Assembly (NCBI GenBank): GCA_963932905.1
Contig: CAWVRN010000001.1
Location: 352,001-416,000, forward strand
Origin: an uncultured Bdellovibrio sp.
Lineage (GTDB): Bacteria; Bdellovibrionota; Bdellovibrionia; Bdellovibrionales; Bdellovibrionaceae
Reading direction: 5' to 3'
DNA length: 64,000 bases
Position numbers and translations under genes: made by a program
The notes under the pieces: generated by a model
Seen by the model: only the letters and a program-made list of their open reading frames with translations
Database searches by the model: none
Told to the model about the DNA's origin: nothing
Shown: positions 28,479 to 37,901 of the stretch, piece after piece
Layout: each line of letters begins with the position of its first letter
Numbering within the stretch: the stretch's first letter is position 1

Positions 28479-29995
28479 TTTGACCTCATCAAAATCGTTT
28501 CAAAAGGCATCGTATGAAATCCAAGTGGATGGGCTGGAATCGTTTCTACTTTATCACTCCACAGTCCCGAAGCCGGAGTGCCAAAGTAAAGCGGGATATT
28601 TGTGTAATGCGCGAGAATCGATTTCTGTATATCTTGATACATTCTAGATCTTTTTTCCTGACTAAACTCTTTGGCAGCGCTAGCAATCATCTCATCAATT
28701 TTTGAATCATCGACATGAAAATAATTTGATTCGTATTTTCCTTTAAAATAGGTCAGAACTGAATAGCCGTCAGGATAATCTGTCCCTTTACGACTGACCG
28801 TAGCTTCGGCGGTTTTTGAAAACATTCGTGTGAGTTTTTCGCCGCGAGAAAATTCTGTCAGAACCACTTCGATTCTATCGGTTGTCCATTTTTCTTTAAG
28901 ATACTCAGCCAGTTTCTTATCAAATTCAGATCCAGCCAAATAGTCCAGCACAAAGGAAACCTTTTTGCCGTCGTAGGGTTTATAGTTTTGCTCCAATATT
29001 GGTTTTTCGAAAATCGCCCCATAAAATCCATCTGGAATTAGACCAAATGCTGGAATCAACTTTTGATCTCCCAAAGTTTTTACAAGATGCTTTTGGTCGA
29101 TTTTGTAATAAAGCTCTCGTCTAACTTCAAATGGTACAAATTTGGGATTTAGAATAACAAATGATTCATACGTTAACTCAGTCGGGCTTGATACCCAGCC
29201 CATTTTCTTAAGTTTCACCGTCGAATCGGCATCAACTTTGTCAGTGTCTAAAGAATCCGTCTGATCAGTCATCGCTAGGCTGATAGGACTCTCTTTCGTA
29301 GCAAAAAATGAGATTAAAAGCGGAGGACGCGCACTATCAATGCTGTCTTTGCGCCATTTCTCTAGCGTGTACTTTGAAATTTCAGTTTTTTTAAGTTTAT
29401 AGGGTCCACTAAATCCACCTAGTACCGACAGATTAGGATTTGATTTAAAATCCTCTATGTCCAGGATAGCACAATCAACAACGGCCAGTTGTTTTAAAAA
29501 TAGAGCCGATGGATGAGACAATGAAATTTGAACCTCAGATTCATTTTTTACTTTTACTCCGAATTTTTTTAGATCCCAGGATTTTTTAAACTCATCAGCA
29601 CCGGAAATCACATCGATATCGGCAGCCATCGACGAGCCCAAATAAAATAGTCGAGCTAGACTCATTTGAACATGAGTAGCCGTGATTTTCTTTCCGTTAG
29701 AGAAATTTAAGTTTTTAAGCTTTACGGTATAGCTTAAATGATCATCGGATTCGCGCCAAGACTCAGCTAAATCCGTAAGCACATCTCCGTTCTGATTGTA
29801 TCTAAATAGCCCCCGATGAAGCTGCATAGCGATCATCATAGAAAACGCGTCTTCCATTTTCTGAGGATCAATTTGTAAATTTACATCAGGCAAATGAATA
29901 TTTAAATTCATGTTTTCCTTTCTCTCTTTAGTACAAGCTAACATCGCGATGGTTGTCGCCCCTAAAAGGACAATTTTAAAGTGCCGGGCGATCAC
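28475..29995 (-). CDS. Family 5 (OppA/DppA-like) solute-binding lipoprotein without cognate permease
   Basis: Lipobox MLAC; IDPQ, GLFRY, DLAESW, FSNGKKITA, GPY, IPLY. Confidence 0.88.
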   Translation of the reverse strand: MIARHFKIVLLGATTIAMLACTKERKENMNLNIHLPDVNLQIDPQKMEDAFSMMIAMQLHRGLFRYNQNGDVLTDLAESWRESDDHLSYTVKLKNLNFSNGKKITATHVQMSLARLFYLGSSMAADIDVISGADEFKKSWDLKKFGVKVKNESEVQISLSHPSALFLKQLAVVDCAILDIEDFKSNPNLSVLGGFSGPYKLKKTEISKYTLEKWRKDSIDSARPPLLISFFATKESPISLAMTDQTDSLDTDKVDADSTVKLKKMGWVSSPTELTYESFVILNPKFVPFEVRRELYYKIDQKHLVKTLGDQKLIPAFGLIPDGFYGAIFEKPILEQNYKPYDGKKVSFVLDYLAGSEFDKKLAEYLKEKWTTDRIEVVLTEFSRGEKLTRMFSKTAEATVSRKGTDYPDGYSVLTYFKGKYESNYFHVDDSKIDEMIASAAKEFSQEKRSRMYQDIQKSILAHYTNIPLYFGTPASGLWSDKVETIPAHPLGFHTMPFETILMRSN

Positions 29996-31154
29996 TTAAA
30001 ACTCCAATTTTTTTCGTGCTACTTAGCACCACTAATCCAATTCCAATACTTATAGCTACTGCTGCTCGAAGCAATGTTTCTGTTTCAATCGGTATAATTT
30101 TTGACCAGACTCCTACTAAAATTTCACCAACAGACAAAATGATAACCATGATTGCAAATCGAGCACTTGAAACGGCGCCGATAGCTGAAACCGGAGTGTC
30201 AGCCTGAATGTGCCCAGATATTCTATGCAAAATAACCCAGTAGGATATATCTTTTATAAACATAACAATAAGGGTTTCAACAGTTGGTCCCGCGATTTGA
30301 CCCAGAAGTAAAAACGAGCCGCCAAGCACAAACCAAAACGGAATAGAGCTAAATTTCTTAGCGAATGACCTCTCCATAAACCCAGCAATCCAAACTGATA
30401 AACCATAGCTTGTAAGAAACAATGCATTCCAAACGGCGCTATCTCCGGCCACACGAGCAAAGAATGAAATCAAACCGCCAACAGAAACAGCAAGACCTAT
30501 ATCAAGTATCGCCGCCCGTTTGTTAAAAATGAAATGCTCTTTAAATTTTGTACTCCATGAAATGTTTCCCTGATTTGATTGATTTATTTTCTCTTCGTCT
30601 GGCATAAAATAAACTATCAGTCCGTTAACTAGAAACGTTGCCAAATCAATAAGGATTGCTACCTTAAGTGAAAGATACTGTATAAGTACTAAACCAATAA
30701 GCCCCGCAAACAGCGTGGCGCCCTGACTGGCTTTCATTTGCCAAATGGCGTGCTTGGCGTTGGAATCATAACTGCCGTCACTCAATAATTTTGATATTTT
30801 AACTCGGCTCCCGGTTTGAAAATTTACTAACACTGCTCGAAAGACACATAGGCCTAGAAATAATATGTAGTTCGTCTGAGTTTCATTCCATGTCCAAAGA
30901 AGTAAAAGAGATACAATACCGGCAAGGACTTCAAGAACAACCACTGTTTTCTTAGCACTAAACTGATCGGCTAAATGTCCCCACACGCCTAGAATAAAAA
31001 CAGGTATAAAACGTTGTAGCCCCAGAATTAAACTTATCTGCCCAAGATCAAAACCCGCTTGAGGCATAAACGCCACGAGACAAAGATTAAATGCAAGGCT
31101 CCCCATCGAAGACAAAAACTGACCTAAATAAAAAAGAAATGCCTTATTAAACAC
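29976..31154 (-). CDS. MFS transporter (macrolide/peptide exporter-like)
   Basis: About 12 TM segments, GQFLSSMG, GHLADQFSAK motif A. Confidence 0.88.
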   Translation of the reverse strand: MFNKAFLFYLGQFLSSMGSLAFNLCLVAFMPQAGFDLGQISLILGLQRFIPVFILGVWGHLADQFSAKKTVVVLEVLAGIVSLLLLWTWNETQTNYILFLGLCVFRAVLVNFQTGSRVKISKLLSDGSYDSNAKHAIWQMKASQGATLFAGLIGLVLIQYLSLKVAILIDLATFLVNGLIVYFMPDEEKINQSNQGNISWSTKFKEHFIFNKRAAILDIGLAVSVGGLISFFARVAGDSAVWNALFLTSYGLSVWIAGFMERSFAKKFSSIPFWFVLGGSFLLLGQIAGPTVETLIVMFIKDISYWVILHRISGHIQADTPVSAIGAVSSARFAIMVIILSVGEILVGVWSKIIPIETETLLRAAVAISIGIGLVVLSSTKKIGVLSDRPAL

Positions 31155-32566
31155 TAGATAGACCTTTCAAAAATTTGATTTTCTGTAAGGCCAAGGTTTT
31201 TCTTCATTTCAAAATATCGTGTTTTTCCAATTCCTAGTAATGAGATTAGCTTTTTATTGTCGCCGTTTAAAATTTGTAATGCTCTCCTCAGATAGTTTTT
31301 CTCGACCCAGTTTATTCCTAAGTTAAATGTATCGGCGGAAATCTCGCTCTCAGACTTTGGAAATAGATCGTTCGGAATACCTACTTCACTAGGAGGCGAC
31401 GGCTGACTTTGCAAGCTCAAATGGTCCGGCTTAATCCATGTTAACGAGTCACTTTTGGTATGGATACAGGCACGTTCAATCACATTATCAAGCTCGCGAA
31501 TATTGCCGCGCCAAATGTGGTTATCTAATTTTTCTTTCGCGTCGGTGGTAAGCTTTGCTAGTGGATGATACTTTTTTATAAACGCCTCAGCCAAAACCGC
31601 AATGTCTTCTTTCTTTTCTCTAAGCGGCGTAGTGTAGAGCATGATCTTATTTAGACGATAAAATAGGTCTTCCCTAAATTTTCCTTCGTTGACCATTTTT
31701 TCTAAATTACGATTGGTCGCTGCGATTATCCTGACGTCAACGGCAATTTCTTTTTCTGATCCCACTGGAGTTATCACTTTTTCCTGCAACACCCTAAGCA
31801 AACGAACCTGCGCAGATAAACTCAGTTCGCCGATTTCATCTAAGAAAAGGTCGCCTTTGTTTGCCGCTAAAAACAAACCCTGATTGTTTTCCGTAGCGCC
31901 AGTGAAGGAGCCTTTTTTGTGTCCAAAGAGAGTGCTTTCAATAAGATTTTCAGGAATGGCGCCGCAGTTAACCGCAACGAAAGGCCTTTTAATATTTCCT
32001 TCTTGCAAATGAAAGGTTCTAGCAATCAACTCTTTTCCAGTGCCTGCTTCACCTTGAATCAAGACTGTCGCGTTTGTGCCCTTGTATTTAGCGATTTCAG
32101 ATTTTAGTTTTAAGGTGGCTACTGAGTTTCCAAGAATCTGATAATGCGAAGATTCTTTGGCCGCCGCAACTTTTGCTAAGTCTGACGTTTCTTGTTTTAT
32201 GGCCGACATTTTTAAGCAATTAGAGATCCTAAATTTTAAACTAGCGACTAGGTCTGGGGAGTTCTTAACGACATAATCGTCGGCTCCAGATTTCATCATG
32301 TTGACGATTACTGACGGATCGCTTTCACTAGTGAGGATAATAACCGGAAAGTCTTTACTTCGCTGTTTTACTGCCCTGAGGACATCTAAGCCAGACACCT
32401 CGGGCATGTTCAAATCAACGATCATTAAATCAGGACGAGCTTGCCCAAGAAGGCGAAAAGCCAATCCAGCCTCAGTAGCTGTGATTACCTTATACTCTTC
32501 AGCTAATGCATCCTTGAGCTGATCCAGGTGATTTTGGTCATCATCTAAAAGCAAAAGTGTTTTCAT
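31154..32566 (-). CDS. NtrC-family sigma54-dependent response regulator
   Basis: Receiver (LLDDD, VDLNMP), GEAGTGKE, GSFTGA, LFLDEIG, FREDLFYRL, GNIREL, C-terminal HTH. Confidence 0.95.
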   Translation of the reverse strand: MKTLLLLDDDQNHLDQLKDALAEEYKVITATEAGLAFRLLGQARPDLMIVDLNMPEVSGLDVLRAVKQRSKDFPVIILTSESDPSVIVNMMKSGADDYVVKNSPDLVASLKFRISNCLKMSAIKQETSDLAKVAAAKESSHYQILGNSVATLKLKSEIAKYKGTNATVLIQGEAGTGKELIARTFHLQEGNIKRPFVAVNCGAIPENLIESTLFGHKKGSFTGATENNQGLFLAANKGDLFLDEIGELSLSAQVRLLRVLQEKVITPVGSEKEIAVDVRIIAATNRNLEKMVNEGKFREDLFYRLNKIMLYTTPLREKKEDIAVLAEAFIKKYHPLAKLTTDAKEKLDNHIWRGNIRELDNVIERACIHTKSDSLTWIKPDHLSLQSQPSPPSEVGIPNDLFPKSESEISADTFNLGINWVEKNYLRRALQILNGDNKKLISLLGIGKTRYFEMKKNLGLTENQIFERSI

Positions 32567-32592
32567 CTACGCCCCCTGACGTTAGATAACAT

Positions 32593-32609
32593 AGCGAGAA
32601 CAATGCCAA
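32593..32609 (-). promoter_or_regulatory. Sigma54 -24/-12 promoter for the signalling operon
   Basis: Minus strand TTGGCATTGTTCTCGCT = GG-N10-GC, ~27 nt upstream of the regulator ATG. Confidence 0.75.
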
Positions 32610-32696
32610 AATCCGAAGCCCGGAGCTAAAACATTGAATTTACTTTTAAATCGAATCTTATCGTAGAATTACGACATTTCTGTAGAAGGACCTAGA

Positions 32697-32714
32697 AGTT
32701 CGCAGAGGCGAACT
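32697..32714. promoter_or_regulatory. Candidate upstream activator sequence
   Basis: Perfect inverted repeat AGTTCGC-AGAG-GCGAACT ~90 bp upstream of the -24 box; IHF-like ATTCAATGTTTTA (minus strand, 32627-32639) in between. Confidence 0.55.
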
Positions 32715-32852
32715 CATCGTGAATTTTTTATAAGAAGTGTATTGAATCTAGCCAAAGTCACCATGCCATTTTCTTAATGTATTCGCACGGGCCGCTTGAT
32801 TGTGATCCGGAGTACCGAGTCGTGAAAGCCCTAACCGCCACCGAGCCAGGAC

Positions 32853-33701
32853 CTAATTTTTATATTGTGGAAAATTTAGTTTTACCAAAGTTTCGGCACG
32901 GTCTTTACTAAGCTTGTCGTTTTTATTTGCAGCCATAAATTGTTTTAATAGTTCACTAACGTCTTCATATAAATAATTTTCTCTTAGCTTTTCTATAGCT
33001 TGAGTAACCAATTGATAACCTTTCATTTGTGTAGGAAGGAATGTGTTTTCTTTGTAATCCATAGGACGAACAATTACTTTCGAAAAATAAGCAATTTTAT
33101 CACTTTTAGAAACCTCTAGTTTTTCAACTATATCCATAAATGATCGTTCCGTATTAGAAAGATTTTTAACTGTTTCATCCAACGTTAGATTTATTTCAAA
33201 CAACGTCGTGTCTGAATTACCAACAAGAATTTCTAAGATTTTAGACTTTAATCCGTCTGATCCCGGGGACTTTTTTTTAGAGGGCATGACATTCAATGCA
33301 TGATACATTCCCAGCAGACGTCCAATTTTAGTTGCTGAAATACCGACAGCAAACCGATCATATTCGACTCTATCATCCTCGCCCAAATATTTCAATGTCC
33401 AGTCTTCATATTGTTCGACGACCTTCAATTGCTCGGCTTGGTTCGTTTCATTTGGAAGTGCAGCGACAGCTTTTTTTGAGGCCGATTGTTTTAATGAATT
33501 AGTGAGTTTCGCTGTCTCAGACGCGAAGGAAGTAAATGAGGTCGCCTGTTTGGGGGGAGTGAAAATCTTAATGTAGCGGATTTTTCTGTTTGGCGCCTCG
33601 ACTTTAATTTTTATCACATCGTTCGATTTTGATGCGGGTGTCTCGGCGCCGCTGTTTAAACAAAGAATCGAAAACACAAAAACATATTTTAGATAGTGCA
33701 T
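32853..33701 (-). CDS. Secreted hypothetical protein
   Basis: 282 aa, N-terminal signal peptide. Confidence 0.65.
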   Translation of the reverse strand: MHYLKYVFVFSILCLNSGAETPASKSNDVIKIKVEAPNRKIRYIKIFTPPKQATSFTSFASETAKLTNSLKQSASKKAVAALPNETNQAEQLKVVEQYEDWTLKYLGEDDRVEYDRFAVGISATKIGRLLGMYHALNVMPSKKKSPGSDGLKSKILEILVGNSDTTLFEINLTLDETVKNLSNTERSFMDIVEKLEVSKSDKIAYFSKVIVRPMDYKENTFLPTQMKGYQLVTQAIEKLRENYLYEDVSELLKQFMAANKNDKLSKDRAETLVKLNFPQYKN

Positions 33702-34007
33702 AATTAAATTCTATGTCTAAGGTCGAAAAAGACAAATTGAAAATGGAAACCAACCGCCAACAGGGTCAAAAGTCGGGATGACGAAATAGCGTTATTAGCT
33801 AAAAATACCATACAGCTAGCCCCATAATAGGAAAAGAGTCGTTGTTATTTTGTTTCCCAGTGTTACCTATGTTAGAATTGGTCATTAGGAATTAAACTAG
33901 ACAGAGCCCTGCCGTTCGGAATCACTATCGGTCATTTGATATAGTAAGCCGTAGCCAAAGGTCCTAGGCCCACTACAAACATTTATTCATTTTCTTATAG
34001 CTGCAAA

Positions 34008-34703
34008 CTACTTAGGGATTGCCTCTATATCTCTAATTTGCTTTTCAAAGAAACTCTTCATCGTCACATTAGTTTCTAATTCAATACAACGTTTAAAGGC
34101 CGCTTTAGCTAGCTGGCTATTGCCCAGTTTTCTGTAAATTGCACCTAAACATCCCCACGACCGTAAGTGATTGGGCGCCAACCGCACACATGTTTCAAGA
34201 TGTGGAATTGCCTGCTGAGTTTGCTCATCGATCCAAAATAAGTGCGTACCTAACAGAAAATGAGCCTGCAAATGTTTTGGAGAACGGCGTAGAATACTTT
34301 TCAATTGTCTCTCGCCATTGTCATCATACCCCTTTTTCAACATATTTTTAGCGTCTATAAACTCTATATAATCTAAAACATCCCCATTGGAAGGATCGAT
34401 CAACCTTGCTTCAGACAATACACTACGAATTTGCATCGACGGAGCATCTGTCTCGATCAGAATCTTTACAAACAACAAAATAAAACCTATATTTGTTTTT
34501 GAATCCGGATCTTCCAAGTAGAGCTTTCTTGCCAAACTCAGTGCTAAATCTAACCGACCTGATTCATATATTTCAGCCAGTGATTTACTTTGAGCAAACT
34601 TTTCATTCGAAGAGTTAGACATCACGGTTTTACAAAAAGGACAGACGCCCACGGATGGACCACTTAAAGCACCACAACCAGGACAAATAACTTCAAAACT
34701 CAT
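34008..34703 (-). CDS. Zinc-ribbon plus TPR protein
   Basis: CPGC...CPFC N-terminus; TPR-like helices (AHFLLG, SWGCLGAIY..LG). Confidence 0.8.
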   Translation of the reverse strand: MSFEVICPGCGALSGPSVGVCPFCKTVMSNSSNEKFAQSKSLAEIYESGRLDLALSLARKLYLEDPDSKTNIGFILLFVKILIETDAPSMQIRSVLSEARLIDPSNGDVLDYIEFIDAKNMLKKGYDDNGERQLKSILRRSPKHLQAHFLLGTHLFWIDEQTQQAIPHLETCVRLAPNHLRSWGCLGAIYRKLGNSQLAKAAFKRCIELETNVTMKSFFEKQIRDIEAIPK

Positions 34704-35654
34704 TTAAACCTTCTTTCCACATTTGGCACAATATCGATCAGCAGCCGCCAAAGCTGATTGACAATTTAGACATGTTTTTTTCGCTTCTAATACTGGACTA
34801 TCGTTTTTTTCCTTCTCCTTGGAATCTAATCCCATCAGTCCCTTTCCAAGCATCAAACCCATCATCATTTGAAGGGGATCATTTCCTGTTCCATCATTGG
34901 CTTGGCCAAGACTCACGGCTGCTTTATACAAAAGATATTCCTTTTGGGAGCCGATGATTTGAATGGCCGTTTTAGCCTCCATCGCGTCTAAAACCTCTTT
35001 AGAAGGAAGCGCCGACAGCACTTGGATTTTATTGACCAATAGACCGAATTCTTCAATTTCTTTGTTCAAGTTAATTTCAAGATCTTTAGAAAGAGCATTG
35101 TAGGAGGCGCCCAATTCGTCCAGTTTTTTAACTTTCTGAATTGACTCGGGCAAAAGTTCAACAATTTGACCCTGAATAAATTCTTCAATTTCCATAACCG
35201 AATAAGTAGATCGACTTCCCATGATTTTAGTAAAAAACGTCTTGGGATTATATATCGAAACGTTAAAATTCCCAAACGAGCGTATTGGTACAGCGCCATA
35301 ATCTTTAAAATTTGCCATCACTGGTTGAGGCGTTCCCCACCGTCGGGCAGTAAAGGAATGATTCGAAACAAATATCAATTCACACTGCAAAGGACTCTCG
35401 AAACCGAATCGCCAATTCGCCAGCCGAGTCAGTATCGGCACGTTTTCTGTTTTAATCTGATGAGTGCCTCCGCCAAAAATATCGGCAAGCTGCCCTTGAT
35501 AGATGAAAAGGGCCCATTGGGTCGGGCGAACGATCAGAGCGGTTCCATTGTACAAATCTACAGAACCAGCAACAGGAACTTTTGCGGCCAACAACCCTCC
35601 TGATGGGTCTTCGAATTGATAGATTCCTCTAAAAAATGTTGATTGAGTTGTCAT
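34704..35654 (-). CDS. SPFH/band-7 domain protein with C-terminal zinc ribbon
   Basis: LIVRPTQWALF..QG, PIL..L, RWGT..P, CLNC...CAKCG. Confidence 0.85.
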   Translation of the reverse strand: MTTQSTFFRGIYQFEDPSGGLLAAKVPVAGSVDLYNGTALIVRPTQWALFIYQGQLADIFGGGTHQIKTENVPILTRLANWRFGFESPLQCELIFVSNHSFTARRWGTPQPVMANFKDYGAVPIRSFGNFNVSIYNPKTFFTKIMGSRSTYSVMEIEEFIQGQIVELLPESIQKVKKLDELGASYNALSKDLEINLNKEIEEFGLLVNKIQVLSALPSKEVLDAMEAKTAIQIIGSQKEYLLYKAAVSLGQANDGTGNDPLQMMMGLMLGKGLMGLDSKEKEKNDSPVLEAKKTCLNCQSALAAADRYCAKCGKKV

Positions 35655-35949
35655 CGAACTCCTATTTTAATTTTGAATACTCTTTGCAATTAGTTCATCG
35701 GAAAACCGAAGCGAGTTCAACTATATCTTTGTATTTTCTGGGTTAGGTGAATTACAATTAGATAGCAAAGATAAACAATTTTTTGCATTCGCTTTAGGTC
35801 AGTAGACCAATCGCGGTCAATTGTTTGCAACACAGGACGAAATACCTGTTCACTCGAGACAATGGTATGACTCTTGGAATTTAAAACAAAACTTACATCC
35901 TAGGGTCTACCAATTGGTCTTCAAAAAGAGTAATATCTATACAAATACA

Positions 35950-36597
35950 ATGAAAGATAAAAAAATGCCTCTGATCATCGTCTTGTTTTTAGTTTTCAAC
36001 TTTCCACAGACATCGCATACCGAAATGACAGACGCCGTGAATATTAAAAATGGTCTTTTAAATTTCGAAAAATCTGAAGCTGATAAAATTGAAAGACAGC
36101 GACAACTCATTTTAAATAGAAAACTAAGAGGCTGCGAAAACGTCAGCCTTGCGTTGGACTGTCTAAACACATTTGTAAAGACCATGATCTTTAAATCGAT
36201 TTCTGAGATTGCTACAATTACTAGCATAAACAATGAATGCCTCAAAAGCGATCTCGCCAGCAAATCAATATCTTTAGGCTGGGGGTTGGTGAAATCAAAT
36301 GAAAACTCGATACTGTCTCTTCAGAATGTGGATCTAACCAAATCTTGGCTCGCATCATATAAGCTAAAATACTCTGTGGATTTAAAATTTATAGAGAATG
36401 TCAGAGATAATTTGATTTCTGATCAAAAAAAAGCACACGAAAAGCTGATTGAAGCAATCGTTAAGAATGTTGAAGTTATATGGAAAAATGAAGATAAGGA
36501 ACTTAAAAAGAAAGAACTGCATGCAAAAGGATTGGAACAGCTAAAAAAACTGAAGCCTATTCGTGATAGAAATTTTCAATTTCCGATTAAGCAGTAA
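35950..36597 (+). CDS. Secreted hypothetical protein
   Basis: Signal-peptide-like N-terminus from ATG 35950. Confidence 0.55.
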   Translation: MKDKKMPLIIVLFLVFNFPQTSHTEMTDAVNIKNGLLNFEKSEADKIERQRQLILNRKLRGCENVSLALDCLNTFVKTMIFKSISEIATITSINNECLKSDLASKSISLGWGLVKSNENSILSLQNVDLTKSWLASYKLKYSVDLKFIENVRDNLISDQKKAHEKLIEAIVKNVEVIWKNEDKELKKKELHAKGLEQLKKLKPIRDRNFQFPIKQ

Positions 36598-36652
36598 AAA
36601 AATATACATAACTACTTTTGTTAATACAAACTTAACACAATTTGGAGCTACA

Positions 36653-37105
36653 ATGATTAAAACTATTTTTCTTATACTTGTATTTTCTTTTTTCTATCAC
36701 CCGGTTTTTGCTGAAAGTGGTCGGTATGTTTCTAATAAAGTTGATTGGGTGATATCGAATTCTAAAAAGTTTAAAGGCTACATGAAATTGGAAATGAATG
36801 GTGACAATTCATTTTCAGAAATGACCCTTGGTCAACTTTCATTGTTTCACATAGGTTTTACTTGCAAAGAAAAATACTTTCATGAAATTGAAAAAGATAG
36901 CCAAATAAAAAATAATGAAAATACGGTAACTACGATATTTAAGTGTTTAGATGCGCAGATAGATAATAAATCGATTAATCACCACGAAGATTTGAAGTCT
37001 GCTTGCCCGACGGACGTTGAAAGCCAAGACTCCGAAAAACATGCTGGTGAATACACCAAAGAAATTAATAAACTTTGCAGAACCTATTTCAAACGCTACA
37101 ATTGA
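36653..37105 (+). CDS. Secreted Cys-containing hypothetical protein
   Basis: RBS GGAG, signal peptide ending PVFA, four Cys. Confidence 0.6.
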   Translation: MIKTIFLILVFSFFYHPVFAESGRYVSNKVDWVISNSKKFKGYMKLEMNGDNSFSEMTLGQLSLFHIGFTCKEKYFHEIEKDSQIKNNENTVTTIFKCLDAQIDNKSINHHEDLKSACPTDVESQDSEKHAGEYTKEINKLCRTYFKRYN

Positions 37106-37206
37106 CGTAGGGAAAAACAGCTAATATCAACCAGACTTCCTATTTTCTAATTTTTCCAGTATTGGAAAATAGCCACAAACTATCTTTGTCCCGAGCTGTG
37201 TGGCAC

Positions 37207-37238
37207 AAAAAGGCGGCAGGACTTATGTGCCTGCCGCC
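37207..37238 (-). terminator. Intrinsic terminator
   Basis: Minus strand GGCGGCAGG-N9-CCTGCCGCC-TTTTT after 37253..37453. Confidence 0.75.
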
Positions 37239-37252
37239 GTAATAGCGCTAAT

Positions 37253-37453
37253 CTATTCAAGATTCTTTCTTAATGTATCAAGATCTTTTATGGTTTCATT
37301 TAGTATTGTGTAGAACCCAAAAAGAACATCACCGTAATCTAACGGTAAAGAATGATCGGGATTTTGTGTCTCTAAAAAGTGACTGATAAATCTCAATTTG
37401 CACATGCTAACTTTAAGTTGATCGCAGACATCGACAGAATTGCTTGGTTCCAT
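37253..37453 (-). CDS. Small hypothetical protein
   Basis: 66 aa, RBS AGGT, followed by a terminator. Confidence 0.55.
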   Translation of the reverse strand: MEPSNSVDVCDQLKVSMCKLRFISHFLETQNPDHSLPLDYGDVLFGFYTILNETIKDLDTLRKNLE

Positions 37454-37460
37454 TCGTTAC

Positions 37461-37619
37461 CTACCTTGTTAGCTTTCGACTGAAATTTGAAAGTGATGGA
37501 TGGCCTTTTTGTATTTGCTTTAGGGCCATGATTCTCACCTCTCGGTGTACTTTCTCGCCGGCATAACCGGCACCAAATAAAATCATTAGCGCCACAAAAA
37601 TTTCTTTAACTGATTCCAT
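37461..37619 (-). CDS. Small membrane protein, 52 aa (MESVKEIFVALMILFGAGYAGEKVHREVR...; not in the ORF track)
   Basis: RBS GAAAGGA, ATG at 37619, TAG at 37461, 7 nt before the next ATG; one hydrophobic helix. Confidence 0.6.
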   Translation of the reverse strand: MESVKEIFVALMILFGAGYAGEKVHREVRIMALKQIQKGHPSLSNFSRKLTR

Positions 37620-37727
37620 AGAACATTCCTTTCAGGATTTTTTAAAAACCCAGTGATGATTAAGTTTTGTTCTTGGACAACAGATTAAAATGGTCGGTAC
37701 TGAGCGCGTGAGCTGAAGTGTATTTAA

Positions 37728-37756
37728 GTAGCCACGAGGTAGCCAAAAAGTAGCCA
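37728..37756 (+). repeat. Three GTAGCCA direct repeats at 11-bp period (putative integrase arm sites, right end)
   Basis: GTAGCCA at 37728, 37739 and 37750. Confidence 0.7.
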
Positions 37757-37901
37757 ACTCGGGTGATGGGTCGTGATTTCGTGTGATGATACTGGAAAAT
37801 TACTTTTTTTCGTCGAAGCTAAGTTATTGTTTTTATTCGTTTGTGAAATCGCGTAGATAAAAAAATACCTCGAAGCTTTTGGCCGCGAGGTTCTTGTAAT
37901 T

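Noticed and set aside
33772..33782. GTCGGGATGAC resembling a tRNA-Pro 3' end (att remnant)
   Set aside because: Only 11 bp, no partner copy or tRNA-Pro in the window
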